Source: Deltaproteobacteria bacterium (GTDB lineage: Bacteria; JAEEML01). Taken from it: DNA of 41,646 bases. The stretch is from positions 1 to 41,646 of the forward strand of contig JAEEML010000018.1 in the NCBI GenBank assembly GCA_016283195.1. Direction: 5' to 3'. Numbering within the stretch: position 1 is the stretch's first letter; every line of letters begins with the position of its first letter. Positions 17,058 to 25,559 of this stretch are shown here, in pieces. A program made the position numbers and the translations under genes. Under the pieces are notes generated by a model that worked only from the letters and a program-made list of their open reading frames with translations, did no database searches and was not told the DNA's origin.

Positions 17058-17681
17058 ATGGAAGTTAAGTACATGGATTTAGTCAAAGAGAGCTGGGCAC
17101 TGGTCAAATCAGATATCGCCTTCTTCGCTTTGGGTTTACTCATTGCCGAATGTGTCGGTAGCTTTACCGGCGGTATTTTGACACCGGCTCTTATGGTTGG
17201 TTATATCATGGCTATCATGAAGAAAATGAACGGCGAGAAAGTTGCTCTCGGCGATATCTTCAACATGGGCTTCTCCAAGTTCGTACCGGCTTTCGTGGCC
17301 GCCATTATTATTGGCTTTGCCGTTTCTATCGGTAGCGTTTTGCTCATCGTCCCCGGTATCATTGCTGCTTATACCGGTATGCTGGCTATGTTCATCATCG
17401 CCGATGAAGATAATATTCCTTTCATGGATGCCATTAAGAAAGGCTTCGAGCTCTTCAAAGCTAACTGGAAAGTCATCGTTATCGCTTCTATCGTAGCCGG
17501 CTTCTTCGGTTCTTTGGGTGCAATTGCCTGTGGCGTTGGTGCTTTTGTAACCATGCCGATAACCTTTGTCGCTATGCTCAAAGTTTATCAAATGATCAAA
17601 GGCGATGCCGCTCCTGCCGCCGCTGCTGCCGAAGCCCCCGCTGCTGAAGCTCCTGCCGCCGAAGCTGCTGCCGAAGCCTGA
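17058..17681 (+). CDS. Integral membrane protein with Ala/Glu/Pro-rich tail (DUF975-like)
   Basis: Strong AAGGAG RBS, several TM segments, LLIVPGII motif, codon usage typical of high expression. Confidence 0.8.
   Translation: MEVKYMDLVKESWALVKSDIAFFALGLLIAECVGSFTGGILTPALMVGYIMAIMKKMNGEKVALGDIFNMGFSKFVPAFVAAIIIGFAVSIGSVLLIVPGIIAAYTGMLAMFIIADEDNIPFMDAIKKGFELFKANWKVIVIASIVAGFFGSLGAIACGVGAFVTMPITFVAMLKVYQMIKGDAAPAAAAAEAPAAEAPAAEAAAEA
17620..17678 (+). repeat. Imperfect 15-bp coding tandem repeat (AAEAP units)
   Basis: gctgccgaagccccc gctgctgaagctcct gccgccgaagctgct gccgaagcc. Confidence 0.7.
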
Positions 17682-17695
17682 TTTCCCCATCTTAG

Positions 17696-18757
17696 ATGGT
17701 CTCTTCTTTAAGCAACCAAGCGGTTGCTCCTAATGCACTGCCCGAAAATCCCATAGATTATCAAGAAGACGGTGATGCCGATACTCCTGAGCTTATTGAT
17801 GTGCGCCTTACTGTAGATAGCCGGGCAGCCGGGCTTAGAGCCGATATCGGCCTCACCAGGCTGATGCGCCGCATGCGCCGCCACACTGCCCGGGCTGTTT
17901 TGGAGCAACTTGGCGTTACCGGCTATTTGGGGCGCACCGTGCGCCCGGGATCGCGCCTCATATTGGGCGAAGAGCTGCATTGGCAAAGGCGCCTTAAAGA
18001 AGAACCACCGCTCCCGGAGCATATCCCCATTATCTGGCAAGATGAGTGGAGCATAGCCGTCAATAAGCCGGTGGGTATTCCCGTGCACGCCACAGCCCGC
18101 TATTTTCGCTTTTCTGTCATGGCTTATATGCATAAGCATTTTCCAGAAAATACGCCGCAAGTGGCTCATAGGCTGGATATGGATACCACCGGGGTTCTCT
18201 TGCTCTATTTGCCGGGAAACGGCCACTATTTTAAAAATCTCTTTGCCGAGCGCCTCACTAAAAAGAGCTATATTGCTATTGTCCAGGGGGTAGTGAGCGA
18301 AGATAATTTTACCATAGATGCCGATATTGCCCAAGACCCCGATACCCGCCTTAAAGGCATTCGCATGAAAATTGTGCCCAAAGGCCAGGGTATGAGCTCT
18401 TTAACCGAGGTAAAAGTACTGGCAAGAAGTGATAAATATACTTTGGTCCACTGCTTTCCGCGCACCGGCCGCCAGCACCAAATCCGCCTGCACATGTTCC
18501 ATGCCGGCTATCCCTTAGTGGGCGACCGCCTATATGGCCAAAGCGACGACTTTTTCAAAGCCGCCGCCGCCGGCCTCATAAGTGAAGAAGACATTGTAAA
18601 AGAGGTCTTTATGCGCCGCCAGGCTCTTCATGCCTATTCGCTCTCCTTCCCCCGGCCGAATGGCACTACGGCTACTATTTATGCCCCCTTGCCTGATGAT
18701 ATGAGCGAATTTTTAGCCGAGAATTTTTCCGGCGGAGTGCCTGACCTTACTAAATAA
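17696..18757 (+). CDS. RluA/RluD-family RNA pseudouridine synthase
   Basis: VNKPVG.PVH, HRLDMDTTG (catalytic Asp), TGRQHQIRLH, GD.LYG, RQALHA. Confidence 0.92.
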   Translation: MVSSLSNQAVAPNALPENPIDYQEDGDADTPELIDVRLTVDSRAAGLRADIGLTRLMRRMRRHTARAVLEQLGVTGYLGRTVRPGSRLILGEELHWQRRLKEEPPLPEHIPIIWQDEWSIAVNKPVGIPVHATARYFRFSVMAYMHKHFPENTPQVAHRLDMDTTGVLLLYLPGNGHYFKNLFAERLTKKSYIAIVQGVVSEDNFTIDADIAQDPDTRLKGIRMKIVPKGQGMSSLTEVKVLARSDKYTLVHCFPRTGRQHQIRLHMFHAGYPLVGDRLYGQSDDFFKAAAAGLISEEDIVKEVFMRRQALHAYSLSFPRPNGTTATIYAPLPDDMSEFLAENFSGGVPDLTK

Positions 18758-18762
18758 AACTC

Positions 18763-21072
18763 TTAAGCCTTGTGCTTATGCCCATGCTTCTTCTCGCCGT
18801 TTTCGCTGCCCTCCTCGGAATAAGCGGAAGAATAAGCCGAAGAATAGCTGTAATAATGATAACCGTAGCGATAATAACCGCCGCGCGTATAAGCTGATTT
18901 CTTCGGTGTGGCGTTAAAGACAAAGCCAATAAGAGGCGCATTCATCTGCTGCAACTGGGTGGCAATAGAGCGCAGGGCCACCCTGTCGGTGAGGCCCGGA
19001 CGCACCACCAGGAGCAAATTATCCACCACTCGCGAGATAATAAGCGCATCGCCTAAAGCCATGAGCGGCGGGCTATCAAAAACCACATAATCAAAACGAT
19101 TTTTAAGCTCGGCTACCACATCGCGGAATTGCGGTGAACTCAAAAGTTCGGCGGAATTTGGTGGCAAGGGGCCGCTTGTTAGCACCGAAAGCCCGGGAAT
19201 ATCGCTCTCTCTAATGGCTTCATCCAGCGTTTTACGGCCGGTAAGCACCGAGCTGATACCGATATTATTTTTTAAATCATAAATACGGTGCACCATCGGC
19301 TTATGTAAATCGGTATCAATAACAATAACTTTTTTGCCAAGCGCAGCCAGGCTTGCGGCCACAAAATTAGTAACCGTACTTTTGCCCTCTTTGGGATTGG
19401 CCGAAGTTAAAAGCAGACTTGAAGGGGTATTTTCCATGCCGGCGGCCAAAAGATTGATGCGGATAAAGCGGATAGATTCCGCGAGTGAGCTTTTGGGGAA
19501 AAATTGCGGAAAATATTCCACGCGCCGCCGCTCGTTAAGAGCCAGATAGCGATTTAGCTCTTCTTCGCTGATGTTCAGCGATTTATCAACAGCCGGGTCA
19601 AAATCATGCTCAAGCTGCGTTAAAGCCCCCAGCATAGGACGGTGCACCAGCTTTTCCGCCTCTTCGCGGCCGCTTAACTTGGTGTCGAGAGTTTCAAGAA
19701 TAAAGGCCAGAACAATAGCCATAAAAAGGCCAAGGACAAAAGAGAGGAGTATATTTATTTTAACCCGCGGCGATATGGGAAATTGGGGAGTAACCGCGTG
19801 TTCCACTATCTCCACATCCACAAATTGGGCCACACCTGACAGCTGCGTCTCTTTACTGCGTTTGATAACCAGAGCATAAAGATTGCGATAATTGGTGAGC
19901 TCGTAATTGCGCCTTTGATATTCCACTGTCAGGCTGTTTAAGCGGAGAGCCTCTTGCCTGGTGCGGGCAAGTTCCTGAGAAATAATATTTACTGTGCGGT
20001 CGAGCTCTATTTTGCGCTGCTTGGCTCTATTCACCAAAAGTTTTAATTCGTCCTTCAGCGAGTTTTCCACGGCCTCCAGTTGCTCAAGTGCGGCTTTATA
20101 AGCCGGATGCTTGGGGCCATATTGAGTAACTACTTGGCTAAACTCCTGCTGCCTGGCCAAAACCACCTCGCGCAAATTATCCAGAGTGGCATTGCCGAGT
20201 GTTAAGGGACTTGCCAGCATGGCCTTGTAATCATTTTGAAAATCGGTGAGCGTTTTTAGCTGCACGTCGGCCCGCCACAAGTCGGTTTTTACATCCATCA
20301 GCTGGCTGCTAAGGCGCTTTTGCTTATCGGCAATAAGACTTTCATAGGCTTCAAAAGAGGTGGCCTCAATATTATTGGCCTTTTGAAAATCCAAAAGATT
20401 TTTTTCGGCCTCATTTAATTGCGTTAAGAGGCCGCCTTCCTGCTCAACAAGCCAACTGGTGGCTGAGCCAATCATGGAAATTTTATTTTCGCGGCGCAAG
20501 GTGTTGTAGCCGTTAACCACTTCTGTGGCAATCATGCGGGCAAGCTCAGGATTACGATTTTTTACTGTAATGGTGGCAAGGTCAGAATCACGGCTCAAAG
20601 AGACAGCTACCTGGCGGGCTAAAATATCAGTGGGGTTTAAGCGGCTTAAGGCCTTTTCGGCCTCTAAGGGCGGCAATTTATCAATGCCTAAAAAGCTATA
20701 ATTAGTGGCTAGTTGCAAATTGGCTACCACTTTTTCCAAAACCGGGCGGCTGGTAATTACTTTGGCCTGGGTGTTGCGGTAATCTTTATTAAAAAGGTAA
20801 TAAGAGGCCGTGGATTCCAGCCCTTCTACCTGGCGGCCCAAGGGGCGCAGAGTCTCATTATTGAGCACTATAACCGTGCTGGCCTGATAAATTTTTGGCT
20901 GGCGCATAGTGTAAATCACACCCAGCGCGGTAACCATAATAATGGCCAAAAGCATAAAAGGCCAGCGGCGGCGCAAAATAGCCACATATTCCATAATATC
21001 AAAGGCATCGCTTTGAACAGCCCTGACATCGATGGGAGCTTCTAAAGATTTATGCAAATTGGTGTCGCTCAT
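18763..21072 (-). CDS. wzc: Wzc polysaccharide co-polymerase / BY tyrosine autokinase
   Basis: Two TMs flanking a periplasmic coiled coil; Walker A (SANPKEGKST), IDTDLHKP, DSPP; C-terminal Tyr cluster GGYYRYGYHYYSY. Confidence 0.93.
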   Translation of the reverse strand: MSDTNLHKSLEAPIDVRAVQSDAFDIMEYVAILRRRWPFMLLAIIMVTALGVIYTMRQPKIYQASTVIVLNNETLRPLGRQVEGLESTASYYLFNKDYRNTQAKVITSRPVLEKVVANLQLATNYSFLGIDKLPPLEAEKALSRLNPTDILARQVAVSLSRDSDLATITVKNRNPELARMIATEVVNGYNTLRRENKISMIGSATSWLVEQEGGLLTQLNEAEKNLLDFQKANNIEATSFEAYESLIADKQKRLSSQLMDVKTDLWRADVQLKTLTDFQNDYKAMLASPLTLGNATLDNLREVVLARQQEFSQVVTQYGPKHPAYKAALEQLEAVENSLKDELKLLVNRAKQRKIELDRTVNIISQELARTRQEALRLNSLTVEYQRRNYELTNYRNLYALVIKRSKETQLSGVAQFVDVEIVEHAVTPQFPISPRVKINILLSFVLGLFMAIVLAFILETLDTKLSGREEAEKLVHRPMLGALTQLEHDFDPAVDKSLNISEEELNRYLALNERRRVEYFPQFFPKSSLAESIRFIRINLLAAGMENTPSSLLLTSANPKEGKSTVTNFVAASLAALGKKVIVIDTDLHKPMVHRIYDLKNNIGISSVLTGRKTLDEAIRESDIPGLSVLTSGPLPPNSAELLSSPQFRDVVAELKNRFDYVVFDSPPLMALGDALIISRVVDNLLLVVRPGLTDRVALRSIATQLQQMNAPLIGFVFNATPKKSAYTRGGYYRYGYHYYSYSSAYSSAYSEEGSENGEKKHGHKHKA

Positions 21073-21203
21073 AAACCTCCCTCGGCCGGGTAGGTTGTCA
21101 GTTTATTGGGGGAAAGTCAATAAATGTGCAAGAAATATGGCAAACCGCTTCTTATGCCACATGCGCCAATTTAATATCGGAATATTGGCCGGCTAAGTCC
21201 TTA

Positions 21204-23570
21204 TTAAGGATAACAACCCAATGGCTGACCGGAAACAAACCGCTTACAACTTGCGGTGCTTATACAATCACTGCTGCCTGTACAGGATGTTTTGCAACTT
21301 GTACTTGAAGCGCACTTATAGTAACCGCACGAAGTGTTATAAAATTTTGTAGTGCTTCCGCAGCTATATGTTTTGGTTACATCTCCCTGGCCACTGCAAG
21401 TAGTGCTTATAGGAGAACTTGAACAGCATACACCATCCATACAGTGTGAACTCTGGCAATGGCTGTTATCGGAGCACGATCCGCCGTTGGATCGGGGGGA
21501 AACACATTGTTCCCCAATGCAAACATAATTATCGGAGCAATCGTTGTTGCTAGTACATGAAGTTTTACAACTTGTATCACCGCAAACATAAGGGGCACAG
21601 GATGAAGTATCTTGCACACAAGTGCCTCTTGAGTCGCTTTTATCGCAACGATAGTGGGTTTCTGTAATGCCACTACAAGATGGATTACTATTGCAAGCTG
21701 TATCGCAGCAAGTATTGTCAGCGCAAAATCCGTGTAAACAATCACCGGGATTATTGCATGATTCGCCGTCTATCTTTTTACAAGCACCAAAGCCATCGCA
21801 GCGGTAGGCCGATTGTTTGCAATCTGTACCCTGTTCACCAAGCTGGACTAAAGTACAAGTGCCTTCGCTGCCGGCTACATTGCAAGCTTCGCAGGTATTA
21901 CATCTGTTTTTGGTGCAGCAAACGTCGTCAACGCAGCTACCATTAAGACAGTCATTGTTGTCATTGCAGCTTTGACCTGGCACTTTTAGGCACACTCCGT
22001 GGCCGTCGCATTTTTGTGTTTCCCCCTCACAGGTGCCTTCGTCATTGTTGTTTTTACTGACAAAATCGCAAGTACCGTGGCCATTTATATTACAAGCTTC
22101 ACAGGTTCCGCATTTATCGGTATTACAGCAAACACCGTCAACACATTGCTTGTTTTTGCACTCGTTGTTATGGTCACAGGTTTCTCCCAGTTCCAAGAGC
22201 ATGGCGCAGTGACCAGCATGACAATAAGTGACACTGTTACATTCTCCATCACCAGAGCAGGCTTGTCCCACTACTTCAGAAGTACATATATGTGTGTCTT
22301 TATTGCAAACAAATTCCGCCGGGCAATCGGCTACTTCATCACAACATTCTCCATTTTTGCAACAGCGGCCGGTTTCTGGACCATCGCTTGAGGCGTCGCA
22401 GTGGTTACTTTGGCAGGCATCGTCACTTTGACAGCCGGTTTTGCCGTCTTCAATTTTGAGTTTGCATGAGCCCTGATGGCAATAGTGGGTTGAAGCGCAG
22501 TCGTCACTATTTTTGCAGGAAGTGCGGCAACCTGAGTGGTCTTCTTTGCAGGCATAGCCATCGTCACATTGGGTGGCCGAAGTTGTAGAACAAATGGCGC
22601 TATCTTGATTGGCTTCATCGGCTAGAACACATTTGCCACCATTTTCAGGATAATAAAAATTATTATCACATTTAGCACCGCAAGCGGTATCTGGTACAAA
22701 TTCATGTCCACAATGGTTACTTTTGCACACAGCTTTATAACATTCTTTCCAAACAGAGGAATGTTCCGGTAAATTTTGGCAATCCTGATCTTTAAGGCAC
22801 TCCACACAAGTGCCGGAGCTACAAACACCGCTAGAATCCTTGGTACTGCATGGTATTCCATCGGCTTTATTAACCACTTTGCATGGCTGATTCTCTTTTG
22901 AATTGGGGTCACAAATAGCTTCCTCGCAATTATTTTCCGGCTGAGTACAAGCCACATTTTGACAAAATCCCAGGCAGTTTTCGCGACAATTTGGACAGGC
23001 TTTGGTGCTTTCCGTATAGACGCAGCCTTTGTTGCTAACCGACTCACATATTCCGGTTTGGCTATAAGTATAATAAGTGTCGTCATTTTCGTTACAGTTG
23101 GCAGCAGGCGGGGTGTCACAAATTTTGGGTGTTCCTACACAACGCCCTTCGCCATCGCAAGCGCTAACGGTACAAATATTGCCGTCATCACATGGGGTAT
23201 CTTTTGCTTTAGGCATATAATGGCAACGGGCCGCTTCACAATAAGCTCCACTTAATATTTCACAAGCACCCGGAAACTGACAGTCCGCATCCTCTACGCA
23301 AAGAGGATTGGGCACATCAAGGCAAATATTATTAGTGCAAGTTTGCTTTTTAGCACACTCACTATCCTTTTGGCATACCAGGCGACAAATGCCTTCACTA
23401 CAAGTTAAAGGAGATGGGCATGTTTCACCGTCTTCATCACTCGAAAAGCAGGATTCGCCTTCTTGGATATCCTCAAGGCTAATTTCTTTCGGGAAGGAGG
23501 GGCCGGCTATTGGGCAGGCACTAAGAGGTATCACTGTGACAATGAGTGCAAGTAAGCAAAGCTTTTTCAT
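21204..23570 (-). CDS. Cys-rich repeat lipoprotein (myxobacterial-type surface protein)
   Basis: Lipobox LSAC, GGAGG RBS, Cys every few residues, repeated G.xC....xC..x.CxDxVCC modules. Confidence 0.85.
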   Translation of the reverse strand: MKKLCLLALIVTVIPLSACPIAGPSFPKEISLEDIQEGESCFSSDEDGETCPSPLTCSEGICRLVCQKDSECAKKQTCTNNICLDVPNPLCVEDADCQFPGACEILSGAYCEAARCHYMPKAKDTPCDDGNICTVSACDGEGRCVGTPKICDTPPAANCNENDDTYYTYSQTGICESVSNKGCVYTESTKACPNCRENCLGFCQNVACTQPENNCEEAICDPNSKENQPCKVVNKADGIPCSTKDSSGVCSSGTCVECLKDQDCQNLPEHSSVWKECYKAVCKSNHCGHEFVPDTACGAKCDNNFYYPENGGKCVLADEANQDSAICSTTSATQCDDGYACKEDHSGCRTSCKNSDDCASTHYCHQGSCKLKIEDGKTGCQSDDACQSNHCDASSDGPETGRCCKNGECCDEVADCPAEFVCNKDTHICTSEVVGQACSGDGECNSVTYCHAGHCAMLLELGETCDHNNECKNKQCVDGVCCNTDKCGTCEACNINGHGTCDFVSKNNNDEGTCEGETQKCDGHGVCLKVPGQSCNDNNDCLNGSCVDDVCCTKNRCNTCEACNVAGSEGTCTLVQLGEQGTDCKQSAYRCDGFGACKKIDGESCNNPGDCLHGFCADNTCCDTACNSNPSCSGITETHYRCDKSDSRGTCVQDTSSCAPYVCGDTSCKTSCTSNNDCSDNYVCIGEQCVSPRSNGGSCSDNSHCQSSHCMDGVCCSSSPISTTCSGQGDVTKTYSCGSTTKFYNTSCGYYKCASSTSCKTSCTGSSDCISTASCKRFVSGQPLGCYP

Positions 23571-23729
23571 TGGGACCTCCTAAAAAAGAAAGCTAATGGC
23601 GCTGTTAGATACTTTAAAGGCAATCTAACAATACTTTGTTAATTTTACATTTTTGTTAGGTCAGGAAGCAATCAAAAAAAGAGGAACATGAGCTATTTTG
23701 TAATTTACAGCTTATTCCGCAACATTTGG

Positions 23730-25559
23730 CTATTCTATATACCCTAGTGCCTTAAGCTGAGCCGCCGTTTCCGGGGAAAGTTCCCCCTCTTCCGCCGCGC
23801 TGCCACCTTTGGCAAAGATCTTTTCATAGCGCAATAGTTCATCGGCAGTAGAGCGGTATTTCTCGGTAGCGGATAAATCATGCTTTTCGGCGCTATCGGC
23901 CGCAAGATCATAAAGTTCCAGCGGTTTTAGCCCGCGCGGATTATCTTTATTGGCTTTAATCAGGCTATAAAAGCCGCTGATAATGGCCGTTAGTTCATGG
24001 CCCTGGTGATCCTCTTCGGCGAGGTGAATAGTGGGCGCAGTGCCGCTAAAAAGGTCCATACCGGCCCACATAGGATTAGCCGCCAGATTGTTAAGCGCGG
24101 CCAATGTGGGCAAAATATCGCTCTGCCTGGCCATCGTAACCTGGCGCCCGGCGGCAATATCCGGCCCAAAGATAATAAACGGCACCTTAAGTTGCTCTTC
24201 ATAGAGGCTGGTACCATGGTAAAAATGGCCGTGTTCGGCAAACTCCTCGCCGTGATCAGCCGTAAATACTATTTGCACTTTTCCCCATAAGCCACGCTCT
24301 TTCAGGCCGGCAAAAAGAGCGCCAAGCCCCTCATCCAGGCGCTCCACTTCATCTTTATAAGCGCCATACATCTCTTTAGCCATAGCCGCTGCAGGAAAGG
24401 GGGTGGCCACTCTGGCATAAGAAGCACCGTTTTTCGCAAAATAAGGGTCGTGAGGATCCATATAGTGTAAATACAAAAAGAAAGGCCGCTCATCGCTCCT
24501 GGTATCCAGCAAATTCAGGGCTTCCAAACTCACTACTTCGGCCGGCTGATAAAAATATTCCGCTCGGCGCCCAAAGGGCAAATAGCGCTCTCTTATGAGG
24601 CGATACATATTATAAACGCTAAGGTTTGTGGCACTCTGCGGGGCACCGAAATAGCGCCTGGCCTTAAGCTCCCGATATTCGTCAAACCCCTGGTTAAAGC
24701 CAAAAGCGCTCCCAAGATTACTGTTATTACTGACAGCCAAAGTATTATAACCGCCTTTTTTAAAGAGCTCGGCCATAGTCTCATGCTCTTCTTTTAAAAG
24801 CGCTTTTTTGGAAATTGCCTGATGTTGGCGCGGCAAAAGGCCGGTCATAATGGTGGCAACTGCCGGTTTAGTCCAACTGGCTGCGGCATAACTATTTTCA
24901 AAAACCAACCCCTCCTTGGCAAGAGCAGCTAAATTTGGCACCTGAGCTGGCGCTCCAAGGGCATTTTGGGCACTATAAAAAGGCAAGACATCGGCCCGCA
25001 AGGTATCGGCAATAATTAAAATAGTGCCTCCCGGGTGCTGGGCAAAACTCTTGCTCTTCGCTTGGCCGTGCACCTCTTCCCCTCGGAGAAGAAAAGCCAG
25101 CGTACCAAAAATAAATATCAGGGGAATAATATAACTAAAACTGAGTACACGGGCGCTTAAATGACGCTCGGTAAAGCTCACTAAGCTATAAATAACCAAA
25201 GAGCTGATTAAAGCAAAAAGAAAGGCCAAAAGCGATGCCCGACCGCTCTCTGCCTGGTGCTCGGCAAAATAGTTGCGAAAGATCAAAAAGCGCCCGACAA
25301 CCAAAGCCGGAATGCCCCAAAAGAAAGTAGCCAAAAGGCGCAAAATACGCTCGGTTAAAGCCTTATCGCGCTTTTTGGGGCACAAAAAGCCGCTGATAAA
25401 AAGCAAAAGCCCGCCCAAAAGAGCAGCTATGGCTCCGTAAAAAAGCGCGGCAAAGAGGGGATCAGCACCAACTAAAAGTGCCTCCAAAAGCCCCACTAAA
25501 AAGGGGCCCAGGCTAATGGCGAGAAGCCCTCTTTTTAGCAAGATATTGGGGTCATTCAT
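23730..25559 (-). CDS. Membrane-anchored sulfatase/alkaline-phosphatase-superfamily protein
   Basis: About 5 N-terminal TMs, then DTLRAD, SWTKP, GFNQGF, HYMDPHDPY, TADHGE, ELYDL. Confidence 0.85.
   Translation of the reverse strand: MNDPNILLKRGLLAISLGPFLVGLLEALLVGADPLFAALFYGAIAALLGGLLLFISGFLCPKKRDKALTERILRLLATFFWGIPALVVGRFLIFRNYFAEHQAESGRASLLAFLFALISSLVIYSLVSFTERHLSARVLSFSYIIPLIFIFGTLAFLLRGEEVHGQAKSKSFAQHPGGTILIIADTLRADVLPFYSAQNALGAPAQVPNLAALAKEGLVFENSYAAASWTKPAVATIMTGLLPRQHQAISKKALLKEEHETMAELFKKGGYNTLAVSNNSNLGSAFGFNQGFDEYRELKARRYFGAPQSATNLSVYNMYRLIRERYLPFGRRAEYFYQPAEVVSLEALNLLDTRSDERPFFLYLHYMDPHDPYFAKNGASYARVATPFPAAAMAKEMYGAYKDEVERLDEGLGALFAGLKERGLWGKVQIVFTADHGEEFAEHGHFYHGTSLYEEQLKVPFIIFGPDIAAGRQVTMARQSDILPTLAALNNLAANPMWAGMDLFSGTAPTIHLAEEDHQGHELTAIISGFYSLIKANKDNPRGLKPLELYDLAADSAEKHDLSATEKYRSTADELLRYEKIFAKGGSAAEEGELSPETAAQLKALGYIE

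Noticed and set aside
17136-17690. 184-aa minus-strand ORF with Gly/Ser-rich start
   Set aside because: Antisense of the 207-aa membrane protein; the GS repeats mirror its AAEAP tail.
21407-23119. Alternate-frame ORFs inside the Cys-rich gene (possible frameshifting)
   Set aside because: The main frame is uninterrupted for 788 aa; no slippery site or RBS supports the others.
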